The notes under the pieces: model-generated
What the model saw: the letters and a program-made list of their open reading frames with translations, nothing else
What the model was told of the DNA's origin: nothing
Databases searched by the model: none
Source of the DNA: an uncultured bacterium
GTDB taxonomy: Bacteria > Patescibacteriota > Minisyncoccia > UBA6257 > 2-01-FULL-56-20
Assembly (NCBI GenBank): GCA_963718575.1
Contig: OY970358.1
Location: 805,528 to 869,527 of the forward strand
Length of the DNA stretch: 64,000 bases
Direction of reading: 5' to 3'
Position numbers and translations under genes: made by a program
Shown: one piece after another, positions 22,417 through 30,589 of the stretch
Position numbering within the stretch: position 1 is the stretch's first letter
Layout of the letters: each line of letters opens with the position of its first letter

Positions 22417-23459
22417 ATGAATCTCAGGGACATAATGACGGGGAACAGCCCGGCGGTACCGCTGCCGAGCCAGAGCCAGGATCAAAACCTGATCAATCCG
22501 TCTAAGATCGACACGAGCGCACGTCCGCCGGGCAGGTGGCGCGCGCTTTGTCTTGATGTCGTAGCGGTGCTTTCCGCCGCGCTCTTCGGGTATCTCTATT
22601 ACCGATACCTCACACAGGGATTGTCCGTATGGTTTCTCCTTGCTGCACTGATGTTTTTTGGCGTCGCGTCGGTCATGGAAGTGTTTCTGGCGAAGAACGG
22701 GTGGCGAAGTATGTTTGTCATCGTTCTTGAGACTGCCGCGTCGCTCGGATTCTTTTGGAGGGATGATCCGGTGATCCTCGGGAGCATCGCGGCTATCATG
22801 ATCGTCATGCTCTTGTGGGGGCATTTCTCCTCGCGGTCGCTTGTGCGCGAACGGGATCGAGATCCCGTTCTTCGGAGCGAGCGGGGACATGTTGAGCAAG
22901 TTCACGACCGCACTCCTTCTCTTTATGATCCTTGCATACGTTCCGCAGATCGGCGGGAACGCGCTCGTGGTCTCACAGCAGAGCTTTCGAGACGTTCTTC
23001 GACTGGACCTCCGGCCTTGTGAACAGTTTTTATCCGGATCTGTCGCTCAACGGTTCGTTCGGCAATTTTGCGCAAAGCGTCTCAAAGATGGAGCTGACGA
23101 ACAATCCAAGTTTCCAGAGTCTGAACGCCGCGCAGCAGAGCGCGGCGCTTGCAGAGCAGACCACGCAGTTCACGCAAAGTTTCCTGCAGACCGCGGCACA
23201 GCCTGTCGCCTCCTCGTCGCCCACGAGCGATGCGTTCTACAATGTCCTCGACGGCGTGCTCGGAGCGTGGGCCAGCCAGTCGTCCGGATGGTTCGACGTC
23301 GGCTGGGTGACGGTGCTCTTTATCGGTTTGCGCACGCTCGGCATCCTCTTCGTGTGGCTCGGTCAGTTCGTCTCGCTCGTCTTTTATGAGATCCTGCTCG
23401 CATCGGGATTCATGAAAGTGTCCGAAGAGACACGGAAACGCGAGGTCATCAGTTATTAA
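22417..23459 (+). CDS. Membrane protein(s) between dnaK and dnaJ; coding signal jumps across three frames (22417-22850, 22850-22980, 22980-23459)
   Basis: Transmembrane helices in frame 1 ([28 protein letters not shown]), frame 2 ([19 protein letters not shown]), and frame 0 (Q-rich stretch then [20 protein letters not shown]). The Arg-rich tails look out of frame. Confidence 0.45.
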
Positions 23460-23484
23460 TTGTCGCACAATACATTACATTTTT

Positions 23485-24591
23485 ATGAAAGATTATTATT
23501 CGGTGCTAGGCATTCAAAAGACCGCTTCGGACGAAGAGGTCAAAAAAGCATATCGCACGCTTGCGCACAAACATCATCCGGACAAGGCCGGCGGCAATGA
23601 GGCAAAGTTCAAAGAGATCAACGAGGCCTATCAGGTGCTTTCGGATAAGAATAAGCGGGCGCAGTACGACCGCTTCGGCACGGCGGATCCGATGGGCGGA
23701 TTCGGCGGCGGCGCGGGCGGCGGCTTTGATGGCGCGAACGTGCAATGGGGTGCCGGTTTTCCCGGCGGAGGTTTCGATCCGTCGCAATTCGGCGATATGG
23801 GCGACCTTGGGGATATTTTTGAAACGTTCTTTGGCGGCGGCCAGCCGCGACGCAAGACGTACGAGAAGGGATCCGACCTTGAGATCCAGGAACAAATATC
23901 TTTGGAAGAGGCATTCGGCGGCACGGTCAAGATCGTCCGTTTGAAGACGTTCGTTCGGTGTGCAAAGTGCGACGGCAAGGGCGCGGAGCCGGGCAGTGGC
24001 TTTGAGAAATGCACGACGTGCGACGGGCAGGGCCAGGTGCGCGAACAGCGCCGGACCTTCTTCGGCAACTTTTCGCAGGTGAAGACGTGCGCAAAATGTC
24101 ACGGCTCGGGCGAGGTGCCGAAGAAACCGTGCAGCGTGTGCAAGGGTGCCGGGCGCGTGGAATCCAATCGCGACATCAACATCGATATCGTTGCGGGCAT
24201 CGACGACAATCAGGTCATCAAAGTGAAGGGGATGGGCGAGGCCGGCGAGCGCGGCACCGCCGCGGGCGACCTCTACGTACGCGTGCGCGTGCGGCCGCAC
24301 TCGGTCTTTGCTCGGCACGGAAGCGACCTTATTGTTTCAAAAGAATTGAAATTGATCGATCTGCTTTTGGGCAGGACGATCGCGGTGCCCGTGATCTCCG
24401 GCGGCACGACGACGGTGGAAATTCCTGCAGGCTTTAACCTCAAGGAACATCTACGGATCTCCGGACAGGGGATGCCGCACATCGGTTCCCGTGCGCGCGG
24501 CGATCTGCTCGTGAATTTTGTGATCAAAGCGCCGAAGAAACCGGGCTCTCGCGAAAAAGAGCTGCTGGAGAAACTCGAAAAAGAGCAGTAA
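23485..24591 (+). CDS. dnaJ: Chaperone DnaJ
   Basis: J-domain HPD (KHHPDK), a G/F-rich linker and four CxxCxG zinc repeats. Confidence 0.9.
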   Translation: MKDYYSVLGIQKTASDEEVKKAYRTLAHKHHPDKAGGNEAKFKEINEAYQVLSDKNKRAQYDRFGTADPMGGFGGGAGGGFDGANVQWGAGFPGGGFDPSQFGDMGDLGDIFETFFGGGQPRRKTYEKGSDLEIQEQISLEEAFGGTVKIVRLKTFVRCAKCDGKGAEPGSGFEKCTTCDGQGQVREQRRTFFGNFSQVKTCAKCHGSGEVPKKPCSVCKGAGRVESNRDINIDIVAGIDDNQVIKVKGMGEAGERGTAAGDLYVRVRVRPHSVFARHGSDLIVSKELKLIDLLLGRTIAVPVISGGTTTVEIPAGFNLKEHLRISGQGMPHIGSRARGDLLVNFVIKAPKKPGSREKELLEKLEKEQ

Positions 24592-24662
24592 TGTCCGCCA
24601 TTTCGTGGTTTTTTTTATAGTTTTTAATCTAAATTTAATGTGCTTTATGGTAGGGTGGGCAT

Positions 24663-24902
24663 ATGGCCAAGAAAAAACCAATTGCGGCAGATCATTTCCT
24701 CATCGAATATTTTGACGGGAAGTTCAATTTGCTCATCGACGGCTACATGGCGCTCGATAAGAAAATCAATGACCTGAGAGCGGAAATGAGCAGGAGGTTT
24801 GAAGAGATAAATCAGCATTTAGAACTTCACGATGACCAATTCGAAGTTGTTTTTGAAGAACTTCATAGGCTTCGCGAGGAAATGGCCGGGCTTAAGGTAT
24901 AA
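24663..24902 (+). CDS. Small coiled-coil hypothetical protein
   Basis: 79 aa with heptad-like charged repeats. Confidence 0.35.
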   Translation: MAKKKPIAADHFLIEYFDGKFNLLIDGYMALDKKINDLRAEMSRRFEEINQHLELHDDQFEVVFEELHRLREEMAGLKV

Positions 24903-24909
24903 TAGGTGC

Positions 24910-25320
24910 ATGGGCGGTGATATTTCCATTTCTCTCGATAAAAAATCCGTAACGCCTGCCGAAGTGGCGGCGCTCTATATTGAGCTTGGCTGGGGAACGT
25001 CGCGCGAGTATTCCGTGGCGCGCATGAAGCGCTCGCTCGCGCATTGCGACATCGTCGTTTCCGCGCGCAACGCCGGCGGCGAGCTCGTCGGCATCGGCCG
25101 CGCTCTTTCCGACTTTGCGATCGATACGAAAATTCTCGATCTCATCATCGCGCCGGAATATCAGCGTCAAGGTTTAGGGCAAGCGATAATGAAGAAGATC
25201 GCAGCGGCGGCAAAGGGAACGTCGATCTACTTCGAGACGGAACGCAAAAACTTCGCGTTCGCCGCAAAGTGCGGATATGCGAAGCGCGGCGGACTCACTG
25301 TGTTTCGAAAGAAAGCATAG
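24910..25320 (+). CDS. GNAT family N-acetyltransferase
   Basis: Acetyl-CoA motif A (IAPEYQRQGLGQAIMKKI). AGGTG lies 3 nt before the ATG. Confidence 0.8.
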   Translation: MGGDISISLDKKSVTPAEVAALYIELGWGTSREYSVARMKRSLAHCDIVVSARNAGGELVGIGRALSDFAIDTKILDLIIAPEYQRQGLGQAIMKKIAAAAKGTSIYFETERKNFAFAAKCGYAKRGGLTVFRKKA

Positions 25321-25377
25321 GGCGCGCATAAGGAAAATAAAAAAGAGCCCGACATCCTATGCGGATGCCGGGTCTCG

Positions 25378-25848
25378 TTAGATCTTCCGAAGAAGAACAT
25401 ACCAGAAGAATTTTATAAATCCCTTTACCTCCCAAAGCAGGGAGCCAACGGGATCCAGGGTTTCCTTGCTTGCGTGGCAGACGATCTCGCCGCGAAATCC
25501 CAGATATCTCCACATGGCGCGGATTCGCCACATGTGATACCACGAACTTACGACGATCACCGAATTTGTCCGGTGTTCCCGAAGAACGCTGAATGCGGTT
25601 TTTGTTTCGCCGAACGTGTTGTGCGCTGTTGCCGGGGTTATCAACCGTTCAGTTGGCCATCCCCAGTTCCTAAGATAGGCAAGAGTAACATGCCTAAGAT
25701 CGGGGATGCTTTCATCAGCCGAAAAGACGATGATCGCATCCGGCAGGCGGTGAGCAACGCGCAGCGCGGTAGTGCATCGCGCCGTAGAATCCTTGTTGAG
25801 AGCGCCCGCCTCGATAGCGCCTCCGTACAACACTACGAATTGCGGCAA
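25378..25848 (-). CDS. DUF218 (YdcF/ElyC-like) domain protein
   Basis: IVFSADESIPD...VSSWYHMWR pattern typical of DUF218. Confidence 0.7.
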   Translation of the reverse strand: MPQFVVLYGGAIEAGALNKDSTARCTTALRVAHRLPDAIIVFSADESIPDLRHVTLAYLRNWGWPTERLITPATAHNTFGETKTAFSVLREHRTNSVIVVSSWYHMWRIRAMWRYLGFRGEIVCHASKETLDPVGSLLWEVKGFIKFFWYVLLRKI

Positions 25849-25956
25849 TCAAATCACCACCTTTCTTTTGAATTTCTAAATATATATTACTATTATTTTA
25901 TTGATATGTCAATTGAAAAAAAATAGAATTTTTATTATGATAAATAGCGTTCTATT

Positions 25957-26032
25957 GCCCCTATAGCTCAGTCCGCGCCGGATCACTTCGGCCATGGTAG
26001 GAAAGCTCCCTTTGGAAATCCCCGCCGGTTCG
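25957..26032 (+). pseudogene. Degenerate tRNA-Lys-like copy (nt 1-19 exact, 21-nt insertion, decayed body to T-stem)
   Basis: GCCCCTATAGCTCAGTCCG is identical to the first 19 nt of the intact tRNA. The following GTAGGAAAGCTCCCTTT..CCGGTTCG is a diverged body. Confidence 0.55.
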
Positions 26033-26036
26033 CTCA

Positions 26037-26179
26037 TTGAAAATATGAATGGATGTCGCTTGTACGCGGCGTGCCCCTATAGCTCAGTCCGGTAGAGCAG
26101 CTCCCTTTTAAGGAGATGGTCCCTGGTTCAAATCCAGGTGGGGGCACGCCGCGCGGAAGGCATCCATTCATATTTTCAA
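26037..26179. repeat. Perfect 19-bp inverted repeat (TTGAAAATATGAATGGATG / CATCCATTCATATTTTCAA) plus 7-bp CGCGGCG/CGCCGCG arms enclosing the tRNA-Lys gene
   Basis: Left arm 26037-26055, right arm 26161-26179. The 7-bp arms abut the tRNA ends. Confidence 0.85.
26073..26146 (+). tRNA. tRNA-Lys (anticodon UUU)
   Basis: Cloverleaf: acceptor GCCCCTA/TGGGGGC, D arm GCTC..GAGC, anticodon loop CTTTTAA, T arm CCTGG-TTCAAAT-CCAGG, discriminator A. CCA is not encoded. Confidence 0.85.
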
Positions 26180-26193
26180 TTCGCCGCCGGCGG

Positions 26194-26306
26194 TAAGGAG
26201 ATGGTCCCTGGTTCGGAATTGGCAGTGAGCTGAAAATGAGAGTCGACTCTCATTTTCAGCGAACGAACCAATTCACAAATTCTTATTTGCTATCCAGGTG
26301 GGGGCA
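26194..26306 (+). pseudogene. tRNA-Lys 3' part (nt 37-57 and 60-74 exact) interrupted in the T-loop by a 77-nt insertion
   Basis: TAAGGAGATGGTCCCTGGTTC [insert 26215-26291] ATCCAGGTGGGGGCA. The insert carries GGAATTGG..CCAATTC and a perfect 32-nt palindrome (26229-26260). Confidence 0.6.
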
Positions 26307-26317
26307 CGAAATTGATT

Positions 26318-26959
26318 ATGGAAACTAAACACACTCTCTATCTGATAGGTGGCGTTCCAAGATCAGGAAAGTCAACGAGCGCAAACAGGATGGCGCGGCA
26401 GGATTTGATTATATTGCCGACCGATTTCATCCGTTCGATCATCAGAAGTGCGCTTATTGGCAATGCGCCGATCAATGTTGGAGCGTTTGCTTTTAATGGT
26501 GCAGCCTCCTATGGGGAACATCAGTCATGGCCAATCGAAGTAAATAATTTAAACGAGGACGCTCTCGCATGGCGTTGCGCCGTAAGTTTGATCAATAATT
26601 ATGACGCCGCAAATCGGCACGATGTTCTTCTTGAAGGTGTCGCCATCACGCCCGAGGAAGTTAACGCGTTGAAGCTCAAGAATTTAATTCTCAAAGTCGT
26701 ATTCGTCGGTTATAACAACGAATCTCACGCGGACAATATCATCGCACATGCCAAGGAAGCGCACGATTATATCTACGGAGAAATGCTGCGAAGTGGTAAG
26801 GGGGACGCTTATGTAAGAGAAAATATAAAAAATGATATTAAGAGAAGTGATGAAATTAAGCTGCAGGCTGAGAAGCTCGGTTATGCATATTTCGATGCCA
26901 CAAAAGCAGCTTCTTTTGAGGACCATATCCAGACGGTGGTGAATTTTCTCCTCAAGTAA
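26318..26959 (+). CDS. P-loop kinase (AAA_33 / polynucleotide-kinase-like Walker A followed by DxxR)
   Basis: LIGGVPRSGKST then LPTDFIRSII (Asp..Arg as in nucleotide/polynucleotide kinases). Lower GC than the surrounding genes. Confidence 0.65.
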   Translation: METKHTLYLIGGVPRSGKSTSANRMARQDLIILPTDFIRSIIRSALIGNAPINVGAFAFNGAASYGEHQSWPIEVNNLNEDALAWRCAVSLINNYDAANRHDVLLEGVAITPEEVNALKLKNLILKVVFVGYNNESHADNIIAHAKEAHDYIYGEMLRSGKGDAYVRENIKNDIKRSDEIKLQAEKLGYAYFDATKAASFEDHIQTVVNFLLK

Positions 26960-27016
26960 ACATAACTAAGGCTGCCTATTTTATCTTGGTAGATTTTTAA
27001 GTTAGAATAAATTGTC

Positions 27017-27445
27017 ATGGACAATGAATGTCCGTTCTGCGGAAGCGCACGAACCGAAGGCCGTATTCTCAAGGAAGGGGAATTTGCGTATGTGATCTTC
27101 AGCAATCCACGGCTCATGCCGGGGCATCTTTTGGTCATTCCGAAACGGCATATCGATGGGCGCGTCGGTGATCTCTCAAAAGATGAGCGCGATGAGATTT
27201 TTGATTTCCTTTCGGAGTTCCAGGCGAAGATCCTCGACAAGGTCGCTTCGGGCTGTGATATTCGCCAGAACTTTAAGCCGTATGTGAAGAACAGCCGGAC
27301 GCACGTGAATCACATGCACTGGCATCTTCAGCCGAGGGAATTCAAGGATGAGATTTATGAAAAAGCAGATGTGTATCGCGACCCGCTCTATAGAGATCTT
27401 TCGCCGGAAGAGCGAGATCGATTGTTTGCGGTATTAAAAGATTAG
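27017..27445 (+). CDS. HIT family hydrolase
   Basis: Histidine triad HVNHMHWHL, an N-terminal CPFC, and the LVIPKRH core. Confidence 0.85.
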   Translation: MDNECPFCGSARTEGRILKEGEFAYVIFSNPRLMPGHLLVIPKRHIDGRVGDLSKDERDEIFDFLSEFQAKILDKVASGCDIRQNFKPYVKNSRTHVNHMHWHLQPREFKDEIYEKADVYRDPLYRDLSPEERDRLFAVLKD

Positions 27446-27451
27446 CGGCAT

Positions 27452-28045
27452 ATGGAATCCGTTGTATTCAAAAATCATTATTTCCTCATGCGTCATGGCG
27501 AGAGCGTGCCGAATATTCGCGGCGTTATTTTGAGTGACCTCGCCGAAGGGAAGAAGGCAGAGAACACGCTTACGGAAAACGGCGAAAAACAGGCTCGTGA
27601 TTCCGCGTATGATGCGAAGGAGCGCGGGTTGCTGGATGAGCATACGATAATATATTCCTCGCCGTTTTCGCGATGCAAGCGAACGGCGCAGATTGCAAAG
27701 GAAGTGCTCGGCGTAAAAATGGAAATTGTTTTCGACGATCGGTTGCGCGAGCGATGGTTTGGCGATTGGGAAGGGAAGAGCAATATTCATTATCAGAATG
27801 TTTGGGATAAGGACATCGTCGATCCCGATCATAACGATGCAAAAGTAGAGAGCACGAGCGAGGTTGTGCGGAGGGTCGCGGGTCTTATCCGCGATTTGGA
27901 AAATAAATACGATCACAAGAATATTCTGCTTGTTTCGCACGGGGACGCCTTGCAGATACTCCAGACATTTTTTGAGGGCGCGCCATCGTCCGCGCATCGC
28001 GGGATTCCCCATTTAAAAGTGGCGGAGATCCGAAGGGTAAATTAG
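27452..28045 (+). CDS. Histidine phosphatase (phosphoglycerate mutase-like superfamily)
   Basis: RHGES catalytic motif at the N-terminus and SHGD near the C-terminus. Confidence 0.8.
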   Translation: MESVVFKNHYFLMRHGESVPNIRGVILSDLAEGKKAENTLTENGEKQARDSAYDAKERGLLDEHTIIYSSPFSRCKRTAQIAKEVLGVKMEIVFDDRLRERWFGDWEGKSNIHYQNVWDKDIVDPDHNDAKVESTSEVVRRVAGLIRDLENKYDHKNILLVSHGDALQILQTFFEGAPSSAHRGIPHLKVAEIRRVN

Positions 28046-28090
28046 CGCCCGGGCGGTCGCCGTGCCGGTTCATGGTAGAATAAATCCATC

Positions 28091-28555
28091 ATGGATCAAG
28101 TACCGTTGCCTACGCCGCCGCAATCGCCGTTGCCATCGCAACCCGTCGTTTCTGAGACTTCGCCCGCGACTCCCGCAGTGGCACCCACGTCCTTTGGGCC
28201 GACCATCTGTCCGCGATGCCATTTCCCGGTAAAGCCGGAATATTATTATTGTCCGAATTGCGGCGCAAAGCTCTCGGAGCCGCCGCTCCCGACGGGACTT
28301 GTTGACCAGCTTCTGCTCTATGCGTTCAGTCTCATCCTTCCGTGGATCGTCTATCTCGCGATCACAAAATGGCAGGGTATAAAATATCTTCGCGCGTCGA
28401 GCAGTAGGGCGCGGCAGATCGGCCTCATTGCGCTCATTCTGCTTGTCGCGTCGAGCATCGTCTTCTTCTGGCTGAGTACGGTGTGGATACAGGGAACGAT
28501 TCAGTCATCGTTGAACGATGTCAATAATATAAATAGTTTCGGGAGCGGTCTCTGA
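28091..28555 (+). CDS. Zinc-ribbon membrane protein
   Basis: CPRC...CPNC zinc ribbon after a Pro-rich N-terminus, then 2-3 transmembrane helices. Confidence 0.55.
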   Translation: MDQVPLPTPPQSPLPSQPVVSETSPATPAVAPTSFGPTICPRCHFPVKPEYYYCPNCGAKLSEPPLPTGLVDQLLLYAFSLILPWIVYLAITKWQGIKYLRASSSRARQIGLIALILLVASSIVFFWLSTVWIQGTIQSSLNDVNNINSFGSGL

Positions 28556-29220
28556 TGGGCGCGCGCGGGTATGCAAAATGGGTTGTCGGTATTGACGAAG
28601 TCGGGCGTGGTGCGCTCGCGGGGCCGGTGACGGTCGTGGCCGCCATCCTTGCCGTCGACTCGCGCGGGCGCATCGCACACGCGCCGTTCAGGAGATTAAA
28701 AGATTCTAAAAAGCTCTCCGTCGCCCAGCGGGAGTTTTGGATGAAGGAATTCAAGGGCAATGCCGGCGTGCGCTTTGCGGTCGCGCGGGTCTATCCGCGG
28801 GGAATAGAAAAGTTGAATATTTCCGCCGCCGCGAACCGCGCGGCGCTCCGGGCCTTTTCACGATCATTAAAACTTCATAACATCCCGGCAAATACTCAGG
28901 TATATCTGGATGGCGGACTTTTTCTCGGCAGTCGGGCGATCCAGCAGGCGCTGGTTTTAAAAGGCGGATCGGCAACGGTTAATGCAAAGACCGTCGTAAA
29001 AGCTGATGAGAAGTTCCCGGCGGTCGCGGCGGCGTCTATTATCGCAAAAATTTCGCGCGACCGGTTCATGGTGCGGCTCGCGCGGCAATATCCGGCATAC
29101 GGCTTTGACGTCCATAAAGGATACGGCACCGTCGCACACTTCCGCGCGATCAAAAAGAACGGTCCCTGCGCCGCACACCGATTGACTTTTTTGAACAAGC
29201 AGCTTATGATAAACAGATAA
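28555..29220 (+). CDS. rnhB: Ribonuclease HII
   Basis: VGIDEVGRGALAGPV catalytic motif; 221 aa. Confidence 0.9.
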   Translation: MGARGYAKWVVGIDEVGRGALAGPVTVVAAILAVDSRGRIAHAPFRRLKDSKKLSVAQREFWMKEFKGNAGVRFAVARVYPRGIEKLNISAAANRAALRAFSRSLKLHNIPANTQVYLDGGLFLGSRAIQQALVLKGGSATVNAKTVVKADEKFPAVAAASIIAKISRDRFMVRLARQYPAYGFDVHKGYGTVAHFRAIKKNGPCAAHRLTFLNKQLMINR

Positions 29221-29240
29221 ATTAAACTTTATTTAACATC

Positions 29241-29393
29241 ATGGGTGGCGTACCAACGAAGCATCATACCAAGAGCAAGACAGGCCGAAGGCGCTCGCAT
29301 CTTGCGATGAAGAAAGAGAAATTGCTCGTATGTAAGAATTGCGGAGCTCCGCGCCGCGCGCACCGGACGTGCGCCCAATGCGGAAAAATGTAA
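29241..29393 (+). CDS. rpmF: 50S ribosomal protein L32
   Basis: 50 aa ([50 protein letters not shown]), including the bL32 Cys4 ribbon. Not in the ORF track because it is under 60 aa. Confidence 0.8.
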   Translation: MGGVPTKHHTKSKTGRRRSHLAMKKEKLLVCKNCGAPRRAHRTCAQCGKM

Positions 29394-29448
29394 CCTACGC
29401 ATCAACTATGGATCGGTCGCTCTTTGCAGAAATTGTTCTTTCCTAATC

Positions 29449-29877
29449 ATGGCCACACGGCATCTCATTCGAACCGTCGTTCTCCAGTCACTCTACGAGT
29501 GGGATTTTTATAACCAAAAAAAGGATATCACCGAGATCCTTGAGCGAAATCTTGCGGAGTTTGCGCCCGGCGTGGATGAGCCGGAGTTCGGTTGGAAAAT
29601 ATTACAGGGCGTGGCGGTGCATCTTGCGGATATCGACGCCGTCATCCGCCGCGCCGCGCCGGAATGGCCGCTCGAGAAGATCGCCGTGATTGATCGCAAT
29701 ATTTTACGCATCGGGCTCTACGAACTGCTCTACGCAGATCCGAACGAAGTGCCGCCAAAGGTGGCGATCAACGAATCGATCGAGCTTGCAAAGAACTATG
29801 GCGGTCCGAACGCGGCGCGTTTCGTGAACGGCGTATTGGGAACGGTCTATCGGGAGAAAGTACCGGCAGCGAAATAA
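29449..29877 (+). CDS. nusB: Transcription antitermination factor NusB
   Basis: [18 protein letters not shown]-terminus and an all-helical architecture. Confidence 0.85.
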   Translation: MATRHLIRTVVLQSLYEWDFYNQKKDITEILERNLAEFAPGVDEPEFGWKILQGVAVHLADIDAVIRRAAPEWPLEKIAVIDRNILRIGLYELLYADPNEVPPKVAINESIELAKNYGGPNAARFVNGVLGTVYREKVPAAK

Positions 29878-29901
29878 TACCGCACCATAAGGGCGCATGA
29901 T

Positions 29902-30588
29902 ATGACATCATCAGAAGAACTCGAAAAAAATATCGGCATCACGTTCGAAAACAAGGATCTTTTGACGGAGGCGTTGACGCATCGTTCATACTTGAACGAA
30001 TATCCCCGCTGGCCACTTCCGCATAACGAGCGGCTGGAATACCTTGGCGACGCCGTGCTCGAACTCCTTGTCTCAGAGGAGCTTTTTAAAAAATTTCCGA
30101 CAGAGCCGGAAGGGCAGCTCACGGTCTATCGCGCGGCGCTTGTGAACTATCAGATCCTGGCGAAGGTGGCCGAGCGGATCGGCATGCAGAAATTCATCCT
30201 GATGTCGCGCGGCGAAAAGAAGGATACCGGCAAGGCGCGCGAGGTCATTTTGGCGAACGCGATGGAGGCGCTGATCGGCGCGATCTATCTCGATCAGGGA
30301 TTCGAGAAGATGCGGCCGTTCGTGCACGATTTCGTGATGAACAATCTCGCCGAAGTGTTGAAGAACAAGAGCTATAAGGACGCGAAGAGCGAGCTGCAGG
30401 AGGTCGTTCAGGAAAAGATGAAGCTGACGCCGACGTACCGCACGCTCGACGAGATCGGTCCCGCGCATAAGCGCGTGTTCACGATGGGCGTCTACTATGG
30501 CGACAAGCTGATCGCGAACGGCAGCGGCCCGTCGAAGCAAGAGGCCGAGCTCGAGGCGGCGAAGAACGCGCTGAAGAAGCATAAATAA
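29902..30588 (+). CDS. rnc: Ribonuclease III
   Basis: ERLEYLGDAVLEL signature and a C-terminal dsRBD (GSGPSKQEAELEAAKNAL). Confidence 0.9.
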   Translation: MTSSEELEKNIGITFENKDLLTEALTHRSYLNEYPRWPLPHNERLEYLGDAVLELLVSEELFKKFPTEPEGQLTVYRAALVNYQILAKVAERIGMQKFILMSRGEKKDTGKAREVILANAMEALIGAIYLDQGFEKMRPFVHDFVMNNLAEVLKNKSYKDAKSELQEVVQEKMKLTPTYRTLDEIGPAHKRVFTMGVYYGDKLIANGSGPSKQEAELEAAKNALKKHK

Positions 30589-30589
30589 C

